Shown: piece after piece, positions 36,702-43,750 of the stretch
Numbering within the stretch: position 1 is the stretch's first letter
Layout: every line of letters begins with the position of its first letter
From: Candidatus Omnitrophota bacterium
Lineage (GTDB): Bacteria; Omnitrophota; Gorgyraeia; Gygaellales; Profunditerraquicolaceae
Reading direction: 5' to 3'
Length of the DNA: 64,000 nucleotides
Assembly: GCA_041649115.1 (NCBI GenBank)
Contig: JBAZNT010000007.1
Coordinates: 16,046 to 80,045 of the forward strand
Notes under the pieces: generated by a model
The model's database searches: none
Told to the model about the DNA's origin: nothing
The model's input: the letters and a program-made list of their open reading frames with translations, nothing else
Position numbers and translations under genes: made by a program

Positions 36702-36985
36702 TGGTGGACAGGAGAGGATTCGAACCTCTGAAGCACAAGTGCAGCAGATTTCAAGTGCCCTTAAGTTACCTCAAGGCTTGGACTATCTCATCACCATGGC
36801 TTCTAGCTTTAGGTGGTAGGCGCTTAGTCTCTGCACCTTCCCGTTTATATAGCGGGCTTGGCTCAGGATTGCCCTTGGGCATTTACGCCAAGGGGTTCCC
36901 TGAATTCACCTACTTTTTCATCCTGTCTTTCGACAGGATGCTGCTTTAAACAGTCTGCCCCCTTTGGCCGCTTGGGTACCTGTCC
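36702..36985 (-). tRNA. tRNA-Tyr (GTA) interrupted by a group I intron (exons 36950-36985 and 36702-36751)
   Basis: The joined exons give an 86-nt type-II tRNA: GGACAGGTACCCAAGCGGCCAAAGGGGGCAGACTGT + AAATCTGCTGCACTTGTGCTTCAGAGGTTCGAATCCTCTCCTGTCCACCA. CCA is encoded. Confidence 0.88.
36752..36949 (-). mobile_element. ORF-less group I self-splicing intron (tRNA-type, IC3-like)
   Basis: The last exon nt is U in a U-G wobble of P1 (CUGU/GCAG), and the intron ends in G. Pairings seen: P2 with GAAA loop, P3 GUAGGUG/CGCCUAC, P4 UCAGG/CCUGA, P5 CCCUUGG/CCAAGGG, P6 CCCG/CGGG, P7 GACUA/UAGUC, and P9 with GUAA loop. Confidence 0.85.
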
Positions 36986-37607
36986 ATATTGAGATTTTTG
37001 TTACGTAACCCTGAATCCAATTTTTAATTAATTTCAATAATTCCTTATCGTTGTACCTGACGTGAACCAATCCATACGGTAATATTCTATTATTTTTATT
37101 CGGAGTTCCCTCTCTTATATATGGCTTAGTAAATTGAGCAAGAGGAATGCCGGTAATCTTACGCCAATAGTTTTTTATCTCCTCTAAATCATTATACGAG
37201 TAAGCATAAATATAAAGACGCAGGCGTTCTTCTTTAATGCCGCAGATCCGCCTTAAGAACTCCAAGAATAATTTTACCATGCAAGGATTGCTGTTAACAA
37301 AATCTACGGCATTACCCTTAAGAGTTCCTTCCGCCCAATAAAGCATGATGCCGGCGGTCTTCAACTCTTCTTCGGCAACGGATAAATTCAACTTTGCATT
37401 AAAATGAGGCTTGGATTTATTCGATAAATATCCAGCTTCAGAATGATCGCGACGGTCAATACCATGTTGTTTCATAAAATCGTATAATGACCAAAAAGAG
37501 ATACCGATTTCACGGGCAACTTCTTCTATAGTATGTCTTTTGTCCCTATAGAGAAAGTTAATTCTGTCAAAATTCAACTTTTTTGGCTTTATTTGTATAG
37601 CTGTCAT
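36918..37607 (-). CDS. free-standing LAGLIDADG-like homing endonuclease with N-terminal HTH
   Basis: 229 aa. HTH segment TIEEVAREIGISFWSLYDFMKQHG. LAGLIDADG-like helix AGIMLYWAEGT, followed by a single endonuclease-fold-like region (GLVHVRYNDKELLKLI). The last 22 codons overlap the tRNA-Tyr 5' exon and intron. Confidence 0.55.
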   Translation of the reverse strand: MTAIQIKPKKLNFDRINFLYRDKRHTIEEVAREIGISFWSLYDFMKQHGIDRRDHSEAGYLSNKSKPHFNAKLNLSVAEEELKTAGIMLYWAEGTLKGNAVDFVNSNPCMVKLFLEFLRRICGIKEERLRLYIYAYSYNDLEEIKNYWRKITGIPLAQFTKPYIREGTPNKNNRILPYGLVHVRYNDKELLKLIKNWIQGYVTKISIWTGTQAAKGGRLFKAASCRKTG

Positions 37608-37616
37608 ATTTATCTT

Positions 37617-37648
37617 TTTTAAGGCCGGCGAGAGGAATCGAACCCCCG
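37617..37648 (-). repeat. duplicated 3' end of tRNA-Thr (T-arm + acceptor 3' strand + start of trailer)
   Basis: The 22-mer GGCGAGAGGAATCGAACCCCCG (plus strand) at 37627-37648 is identical to 37790-37811. Flanking TTAAG similarity is also present. It ends about 10-15 nt upstream of the endonuclease ATG. Confidence 0.8.
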
Positions 37649-37785
37649 CCCCATCGCTCGCATAAGCTCGCTCTCTATAGGGGCCCGTGCCCCCTCTGGC
37701 GGTCGCTTGCGCTCCCTGTCACCCCAAAATGCGCGGGGAAACTTTTCCCCGCACCCCTGGGTCGGGTAATACATTACGGAATTTA
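37649..37785 (-). other. hairpin element between tRNA-Thr and its duplicated 3' end
   Basis: It contains GGGGTGCGGGGAAAAGTTTCCCCGCGCATTTTGGGG and a second GC hairpin AGGGGGCACGGGCCCCT. The core is about 85 percent identical to the tRNA-Gly-associated element. Confidence 0.6.
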
Positions 37786-37858
37786 AGCTGGCGAGAGGAA
37801 TCGAACCCCCGACCCGCTGTTTACAAAACAGCTGCTCTACCGACTGAGCTACGCCAGC
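37786..37858 (-). tRNA. tRNA-Thr (TGT)
   Basis: The reverse complement is GCTGGCGTAGCTCAGTCGGTAGAGCAGCTGTTTTGTAAACAGCGGGTCGGGGGTTCGATTCCTCTCGCCAGCT. Canonical cloverleaf. No encoded CCA. Confidence 0.9.
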
Positions 37859-38714
37859 GATAGCCGCTCCTCTTGATTGCAACAGGAATTTTATCAATGA
37901 TGTCGCTTGCAATCAATGAGATTTCTGTCTTTTCACGAGCTGCTAAATCACCGGCTAGCCCGTGCAGATAAACCGCACACCTTGCCGCATCAAAAGAACT
38001 TAGGCCCTGCGCCAAAAATGCAGAGATAACCCCGCTAAGCACATCTCCGCTGCCGGCAGTAGCCATCCCGGGATTGCCGGTTTTATTTACGTATGTGCGC
38101 CCCTCGTAATCAGCGACTATAGTGCGATGGCCCTTAAGCACCAGGGTTAATTTATGCTCCCGGCTGAACTTTCGGGCAACGGACTGTCTTCGGGCCTGGA
38201 CCGCCTCCACATTAATCCCGCAAAGCCTTGCCATCTCCCCGGGGTGAGGGGTAAAGATTATCTTTCTGCTTGCTAACTTTAACCGGCAAAGGTCGCCGGC
38301 AATAACATTGAGGCCGTCGGCATCAACAACCAGCGGCTTGGCAATATCCGCTAGCAGCCGGCGCACCAACCCTGCAGTAGAAAGATTCCTGCCTAGGCCA
38401 GGGCCGATTGCGAGAACATCCGCCTTTTCGCTGAAGCGCTCTATCTCCTTAAGGCCCTGCAGGGATAATGAACCGTCCGGGGTCTCTGGTAATGCGAGAA
38501 GCATTACCTCCTTGATCTTCTTTCTAATGAGCGGCGCCGCGATGCCCCGCGGCACGCCCAGCGTCACCAGCCCAGCCCCTGCGCGCATGGCTGCCTCAGA
38601 ACACAAGAGCGCCGCGCCGGAAAATCTCAAAGAACCAGCCACTATCAAAACATGGCCGAAGTCGCCTTTGGAGGCATTACTCCTTCGGCGTAACAACCGC
38701 GTTGGCAACCGCAT
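37821..38714 (-). CDS. ADP-dependent NAD(P)H-hydrate dehydratase (YjeF C-terminal domain only)
   Basis: KGDFGHVLIVAGS, VLAIGPGLG and ATAGSGDVLSG motifs. The reading frame runs 38 nt into tRNA-Thr before its stop. Confidence 0.85.
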   Translation of the reverse strand: MRLPTRLLRRRSNASKGDFGHVLIVAGSLRFSGAALLCSEAAMRAGAGLVTLGVPRGIAAPLIRKKIKEVMLLALPETPDGSLSLQGLKEIERFSEKADVLAIGPGLGRNLSTAGLVRRLLADIAKPLVVDADGLNVIAGDLCRLKLASRKIIFTPHPGEMARLCGINVEAVQARRQSVARKFSREHKLTLVLKGHRTIVADYEGRTYVNKTGNPGMATAGSGDVLSGVISAFLAQGLSSFDAARCAVYLHGLAGDLAAREKTEISLIASDIIDKIPVAIKRSGYRWRSSVGRAAVL

Positions 38715-39033
38715 AATTTTTTACATGAGATATTGAAACATGCACCGTAAGATTGCTTCCTTTATTATTCAAAATCCTGCAATAAGGCTTGCCGTCAGGG
38801 TCATTAAAAACCTGCACATCTTTCCAGCCAAGCGTCTTATCCCCCATGGCCTTGAATATCGCTTCCTTGGCGGCAAACCTGCCTGCCAGGTGCTGATAAA
38901 GGCTTATCCGGCCCCTGGAGCTCTCTAGCTCCTCTTTTGTAAAGATGCGCCGCAGAAACCCCCTCCCCCATTTCTCCACTGCGGATTTAAGTCTCTTGAC
39001 CTCGGTGATATCGACGCCTGTGCCTATGACCAT
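38677..39033 (-). CDS. acpS: holo-[acyl-carrier-protein] synthase
   Basis: 118 aa. GTGVDITEV and FAAKEAIFKA motifs. Confidence 0.9.
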   Translation of the reverse strand: MVIGTGVDITEVKRLKSAVEKWGRGFLRRIFTKEELESSRGRISLYQHLAGRFAAKEAIFKAMGDKTLGWKDVQVFNDPDGKPYCRILNNKGSNLTVHVSISHVKNYAVANAVVTPKE

Positions 39034-39034
39034 A

Positions 39035-39745
39035 TTATCCGATCAGCTCCTTCATCTCCCGCACCGCCTGTTTCAGCCCTACCAAGGCTGCCCGGCAGAC
39101 AAGGGAATAGCCGATATTCAATTCCTCAATCCCCCTGATAGCCGCGATGCCGGAAACGTTATGATAATCCAGGCCGTGCCCCGCAAAAACCTCAAACCCC
39201 CTGCTCCTAGCATATGCGCAGGAAGATTTTATTTCTTTAAGGCGCCTTTCTTTTTCTTTTGGCCCACGCGCATCTGCATAACGTCCGGTGTGCAATTCTA
39301 CCATCTTAACGCCGCATTCAAGCGAGGCATCAATCTGTTTTTTATCCGGGTCAATGAACAAGCTAACCTCTATGCCATTTTCCTTTAATCTGGATACTGC
39401 CGCTTTTATGCGATAAGGGCTCCCGGCAACATCCAGCCCGCCTTCGGTAGTCAACTCGCGCCTCTTCTCCGGAACCAGGGTGGCCCGTTCGGGCCTAAGC
39501 TTACAGGCAATATCTACGATATCGCGGGCCACTGACATCTCGAGATTGAGTTTTGTCTCAAGAGATTGTTTTAAAAGATAGAGGTCGCTCTCCCTGATAT
39601 GCCGGCGGTCTTCCCTTAAATGCGTTACGATGCTGTCTGCACCGGCCGCCTCCGCAAGGGAAGCGGCAACTACCGGCTCAGGCTCAATGCCGTGACGGAT
39701 CTCGCGGATAGTGGCGATGTGGTCGATATTAACGCCTAACCTCAT
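39035..39745 (-). CDS. pdxJ: pyridoxine 5'-phosphate synthase
   Basis: 236 aa. Starts MRLGVNIDHIATIR; also contains HLREDRRHI and ELHTG motifs. Confidence 0.93.
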   Translation of the reverse strand: MRLGVNIDHIATIREIRHGIEPEPVVAASLAEAAGADSIVTHLREDRRHIRESDLYLLKQSLETKLNLEMSVARDIVDIACKLRPERATLVPEKRRELTTEGGLDVAGSPYRIKAAVSRLKENGIEVSLFIDPDKKQIDASLECGVKMVELHTGRYADARGPKEKERRLKEIKSSCAYARSRGFEVFAGHGLDYHNVSGIAAIRGIEELNIGYSLVCRAALVGLKQAVREMKELIG

Positions 39746-39751
39746 AGCGGA

Positions 39752-39889
39752 CTAAAAACTGCTCATCTCGCCCTTGGCGTAAAACCAAAGGATTATTGCC
39801 AGGATAAGAGCAATAAGCTTAAGCCATGGATGGAAGAATGGCCACCGGACAAGATTGCGCAGCAGATTCCTTTTTTTCTTCCTAGTCAT
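39752..39889 (-). CDS. 45-aa CdaR/YbbR-like N-terminal transmembrane stub
   Basis: Below the ORF-track cutoff. It translates to MTRKKKRNLLRNLVRWPFFHPWLKLIALILAIILWFYAKGEMSSF. Its ATG overlaps the cdaA stop (ATGACTAG). It resembles only the N-terminal anchor of CdaR and has no YbbR domains. Confidence 0.4.
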   Translation of the reverse strand: MTRKKKRNLLRNLVRWPFFHPWLKLIALILAIILWFYAKGEMSSF

Positions 39890-40637
39890 TCTTAATGGTA
39901 ATCAGTTCTTTCATTTTGTAAAGCAGCTCTTCCTTGCCCATGTCCCTGTAGAGCCTCTCTTTATAAACCAGGCAGATATCCTGCCTCTCCTCGGAAACTA
40001 CCACAATCACGGCATCGGTCTCTTCGCTCAACCCCAGGGCAGCGCGATGACGGGTCCCGAAGATACGGCTGAGATCGAGCTTCTGGGTCAAAGGGAAAAG
40101 GCATCCCGCAGCCGTTATCCTGCCGCGCTGGATAATCAATCCGCCGTCATGCAGCAGGCTATTGGGGGTAAAGATAGTCTGGATCAGATCAGAACTTGCG
40201 GCGGCATCAATCGCTACCCCGCTTTTAATGTATGGAGTAAGCGAATCGCGCTTATCTATCGCGATCAGGGCTCCGATTTTATTCCGGCAGAGGCTATCGG
40301 CAGCCTGCGATACCTGCTTTAATAGTTCATCGAGCTCTTCTTCTTTGAGATTGACATCAAGAAGATAACGCTGCCCGAGCCGCGCCAGCCCCTGGCGTAT
40401 CTCGGGATGGAAAATAATCAGAAATGCCAGGATAGAAATAGTAAAAATCTTCGTAAACAACCAATCCAGCACCTCGAAGTGCAGCTTCTGAAAAAGAAAG
40501 AAAGCCACCAATAATACGATAATCCCGCGCAATACCTGTATGGCGCGCGTATTGGCAAAGAAAAGTAAAACGTGGTAGATCACAAACCACAGGATAAGTA
40601 TTTCTACAATTGTCTTCCAGGTAATAGCGACGTTCAT
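39882..40637 (-). CDS. cdaA: membrane-anchored diadenylate cyclase
   Basis: Three N-terminal TM helices plus a DAC domain (DGGLIIQRGRI, GTRHRAALGLSEETDAVIVVVSEE). Confidence 0.9.
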   Translation of the reverse strand: MNVAITWKTIVEILILWFVIYHVLLFFANTRAIQVLRGIIVLLVAFFLFQKLHFEVLDWLFTKIFTISILAFLIIFHPEIRQGLARLGQRYLLDVNLKEEELDELLKQVSQAADSLCRNKIGALIAIDKRDSLTPYIKSGVAIDAAASSDLIQTIFTPNSLLHDGGLIIQRGRITAAGCLFPLTQKLDLSRIFGTRHRAALGLSEETDAVIVVVSEERQDICLVYKERLYRDMGKEELLYKMKELITIKND

Positions 40638-41833
40638 CTCTTTATTATGGCGGTTAAAACCTCCAGGGACTTCTTTATCGCCCCCACATCGTGCACCCGC
40701 ACGATATGAGCGCCGTTAACTACTGCCGCAAGGCTGCTGGCAATGCTACCAAAAAGCCTCTCTTGCGGCGGGGCGCCCATTATGCTGCCGAGAAAGGCCT
40801 TGCGGGAAGTGCCTGCCAAGATAGGCTGACCCAAGGCCTTAAATTCCTTAAGCCTCTTTAAGATTTCAAGATTATGCTCCAAGGTCTTGCCGAATCCTAT
40901 GCCGGGATCGATGACGATACTCTCCCTGCAGATACCGGCCGCCAGTGCCTTATCCCTGGCGCGCCTGAGGTAATCCAAAATTTCCTCCATCAGGGATTTG
41001 TAAACCGGGTTCTTCTGCATATAGGCAGGCCTGCCTTTCATGTGCATAACAACTACCGCGGCCTTATACCGCCGCACAACCCCTGCCATGCGCTTATCAC
41101 GAAACGCGCTTATATCGTTGACGATAGATGCCCCGCAATCCAGGGCAGCACGGGCTACTTCGGGCTTGTATGTATCTACTGAAATGGGGACCTTTATTCT
41201 TTTAGTCAAAAACTCAATAACCGGGACAACGCGAGATCTTTCCTCTCTTGCCCCCAGTTTTCTGGCGCCGGGCCTGCTGGACTCTCCTCCGACATCAATG
41301 ATATCTGCCCCCTCGCGGATAAGCCGCTGGGCACATGAGAGAACAACCTGCCTGCTGTCGCAGCCCGAGCGGTAAAGCCCGTCACCGCTAAATGAATCCG
41401 GGGTGATGTTTATGACCCCCATAATGTACGGCCGGCTGCTGAGGTTAAGCCTAAACTTACCCGCCTGAAGCTTAAATCCAGACCCCAGATAGTCGGTTAA
41501 AACGGAGCTTAGCTCTGCCGATAACTGTTTAAGCCCGAAAGGCTGGCAGCGAAGCTTATCGCTTAGCCGCCGGAACTGAGAGAGATTGCCTATTAAAAGG
41601 CAGTCCGTCTTAGCCGAGCCCCCTGTCAAAGAACCCCTCGCCACTGCCGCATCGGCGCCAAGGGAAAGCATTTCCTGTTTAAGTATATTGGCCGCGATAT
41701 TTGATAATCCGGGGAGCCTCACCAGGTGCGTAATCGCTTTCGGCACCATAATATTGATACCGTAAGGATCAACCCCGATTTCGCGCATCAGGCGCCTTAA
41801 TTCCTCCGGAGAGGATATCTCTAAGACTCGCAT
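40634..41833 (-). CDS. folP: dihydropteroate synthase with N-terminal extension of about 135 aa
   Basis: Pterin-binding domain motifs: IMGVINITPDSFSGDG, DVGGESSRPGA, VDTYKPEVA, IDPGIGFGK. The N-terminal region is unassigned. Confidence 0.88.
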   Translation of the reverse strand: MRVLEISSPEELRRLMREIGVDPYGINIMVPKAITHLVRLPGLSNIAANILKQEMLSLGADAAVARGSLTGGSAKTDCLLIGNLSQFRRLSDKLRCQPFGLKQLSAELSSVLTDYLGSGFKLQAGKFRLNLSSRPYIMGVINITPDSFSGDGLYRSGCDSRQVVLSCAQRLIREGADIIDVGGESSRPGARKLGAREERSRVVPVIEFLTKRIKVPISVDTYKPEVARAALDCGASIVNDISAFRDKRMAGVVRRYKAAVVVMHMKGRPAYMQKNPVYKSLMEEILDYLRRARDKALAAGICRESIVIDPGIGFGKTLEHNLEILKRLKEFKALGQPILAGTSRKAFLGSIMGAPPQERLFGSIASSLAAVVNGAHIVRVHDVGAIKKSLEVLTAIIKR

Positions 41834-41838
41834 AATTC

Positions 41839-43698
41839 TCAGGCAGACGCCGGCGGCGTGCCCATGCCGAGCAGGCGCCTCACCTCTTCTCCGTCAAGAA
41901 CCTCTTTTTCCAGAAGGGCCTTTGAAAGAATCTTCAGCTTATCGGCGTTCTCCTGCAATAAACTCTTGGAGCGCTTATACGACTCATCCACTATCCTCTT
42001 TACCTCCGCATCAATGAGGCTGGCGGTCTCATCGCTATAATTCTTCTCTTCCATCATATCGCGCCCCAAAAACAATAAGCCATTCCTCTTGCCAAAGGTG
42101 ATGTTACCGAGCTTCTCCGACATCCCCAGCTGGCAAACCATAAAACGCGCCATATGAGTGGCTTTTTCCAGGTCATCCTGGGCGCCGGTGGTGATATCCT
42201 CAAGGTTGATTTCCTCCGATGCCCTACCTCCGAGAGCAACGGCAATCCTGGCTAATAATTCCTTGCGCGAAAGGTAATGCTTATCCTCAAGCGGTGCGGC
42301 AAAGGTATAACCGCCCGCAAGCCCTCTCGGGATAATGGAGACTTTCTTTAAAGGGTCGTTCTCGGGTATCAAAAGCGTAACCAGGGCATGGCCGGCCTCG
42401 TGAAAAGCCGTAATTTCCTTTTCCTTCCTGGACATAATGTGGCTCTTCTTCTCCGGCCCCATCAACACCCTCTCAACGGATTTCTCAAAGTCTATCTGTT
42501 CTACGCCTTCCTTGTCATGGCGGGCGGCAATAAGGGCTGCCTCGTTGCAGAGGTTCGCAAGGTCCGCTCCGGAAAAGCCCGGGGTCTGGCTGGCTACTGA
42601 TTTCAGGTCTACGTTGGCGGCGAGTTTTATTTTACGGGTATGAACTTTCAATATTTCCTCGCGGCCTTTGATATCCGGAAGATTGACGATAATGTGCCGG
42701 TCGAACCTGCCCGGCCGCAAAAGCGCGGGGTCAAGGGTATCCGGACGGTTGGTAGCGGCAATCAGTATAATCCCCTGGCCGGCGTCAAAGCCGTCCATCT
42801 CTACCAGAAGGGCGTTGAGCGTCTGTTCCCTTTCGTCGTGGCCACCTCCGATCCCCGAAAAACGCAATCTTCCTACCGCGTCTATTTCATCTATAAATAT
42901 GATGGCGCCCTTTCCGGAAACCTTTGCCGCCTTGCGGCCCTGCTCAAAAAGGTCCCTCACCCTGGAGGCACCCACCCCTACGAACATCTCCACGAAATCC
43001 GAACCGCTGATGGAGAAAAACGGCACTCCGGCCTCTCCGGAAACCGCACGGGCAATAAGCGTCTTGCCGCAGCCGGGAGGGCCGACTAATAAGACGCCTT
43101 TGGGGATCTTGCCCCCTAACCTCTGGAACTTCTTAGGGTCTTTCAGGAACTCGATAACCTCCTGTAATTCATCCTTGGCTTCGTCAACGCCAGCAACATC
43201 ACTGAAGGTTACCTTATCCCCGTCCTTTTCGCTATGGATCTTGGGACGGATTTTCCCGAAAGATAAAACCCGGTTTCCAAGCTGCTCTCCGCGGCTGGCC
43301 ATGATCCACCAGAAGCCTATCAAAAGCAGAACCGGTCCCAGCGAATAAAACAGGTTTACCCAGATAGTGCGCGGCGGCTTCACCTCAAAAGACTTGAGGT
43401 TCTGCCGTATCAGGTTAAGGAGTTCGGTGTCGTTCTCCGGTATATTCACAAAAAATTTACTGTTATCGCTGTATTCCCCCTGAAGCACGTTTTCAATCTT
43501 GGTAACGGATTTTATTTTCTCCGGGTTATCCTTCAGGATGCTGTAAAAATCGCTATACGATATTTCGCGCGGCACCCCTGTAACCGAAACGTTAAGGGAG
43601 CTGATCAAAAGATAAAAAATCAGGATAGCGAATATCCACCCAAAGGGGAAGCGGTTAAAAATCCCTTTCTTTTTTCTTGTTTGCTTATTATCTGTCAT
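41839..43698 (-). CDS. ftsH: ATP-dependent zinc metalloprotease FtsH
   Basis: 619 aa. Two TM segments, AAA motif GPPGCGKT, and the HEAGH zinc site. Confidence 0.96.
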   Translation of the reverse strand: MTDNKQTRKKKGIFNRFPFGWIFAILIFYLLISSLNVSVTGVPREISYSDFYSILKDNPEKIKSVTKIENVLQGEYSDNSKFFVNIPENDTELLNLIRQNLKSFEVKPPRTIWVNLFYSLGPVLLLIGFWWIMASRGEQLGNRVLSFGKIRPKIHSEKDGDKVTFSDVAGVDEAKDELQEVIEFLKDPKKFQRLGGKIPKGVLLVGPPGCGKTLIARAVSGEAGVPFFSISGSDFVEMFVGVGASRVRDLFEQGRKAAKVSGKGAIIFIDEIDAVGRLRFSGIGGGHDEREQTLNALLVEMDGFDAGQGIILIAATNRPDTLDPALLRPGRFDRHIIVNLPDIKGREEILKVHTRKIKLAANVDLKSVASQTPGFSGADLANLCNEAALIAARHDKEGVEQIDFEKSVERVLMGPEKKSHIMSRKEKEITAFHEAGHALVTLLIPENDPLKKVSIIPRGLAGGYTFAAPLEDKHYLSRKELLARIAVALGGRASEEINLEDITTGAQDDLEKATHMARFMVCQLGMSEKLGNITFGKRNGLLFLGRDMMEEKNYSDETASLIDAEVKRIVDESYKRSKSLLQENADKLKILSKALLEKEVLDGEEVRRLLGMGTPPASA

Positions 43699-43750
43699 CT
43701 TCGCACCTCAAGTTTTAGACTTTTTATTATATATTTAACTACCTATAAAA

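Noticed and set aside
36704-36949. Plus-strand 81-aa ORF (GTG start).
   Set aside because: It lies entirely antisense to the tRNA-Tyr 3' exon and the group I intron. It is an artefact of structured GC-balanced RNA sequence.
37617-37790. Tested whether the orphan T-arm/acceptor fragment plus upstream hairpins forms a complete tRNA, tmRNA or tRNA-like gene.
   Set aside because: No complementary 5' acceptor strand (GCCGGCG) and no D or anticodon arm could be found. For the Gly fragment the T-stem 5' strand is also not conserved.
37619-37912. Minus-strand 97-aa ORF.
   Set aside because: It reads straight through tRNA-Thr, the hairpin element and the duplicated tRNA fragment, so it has no coding support.
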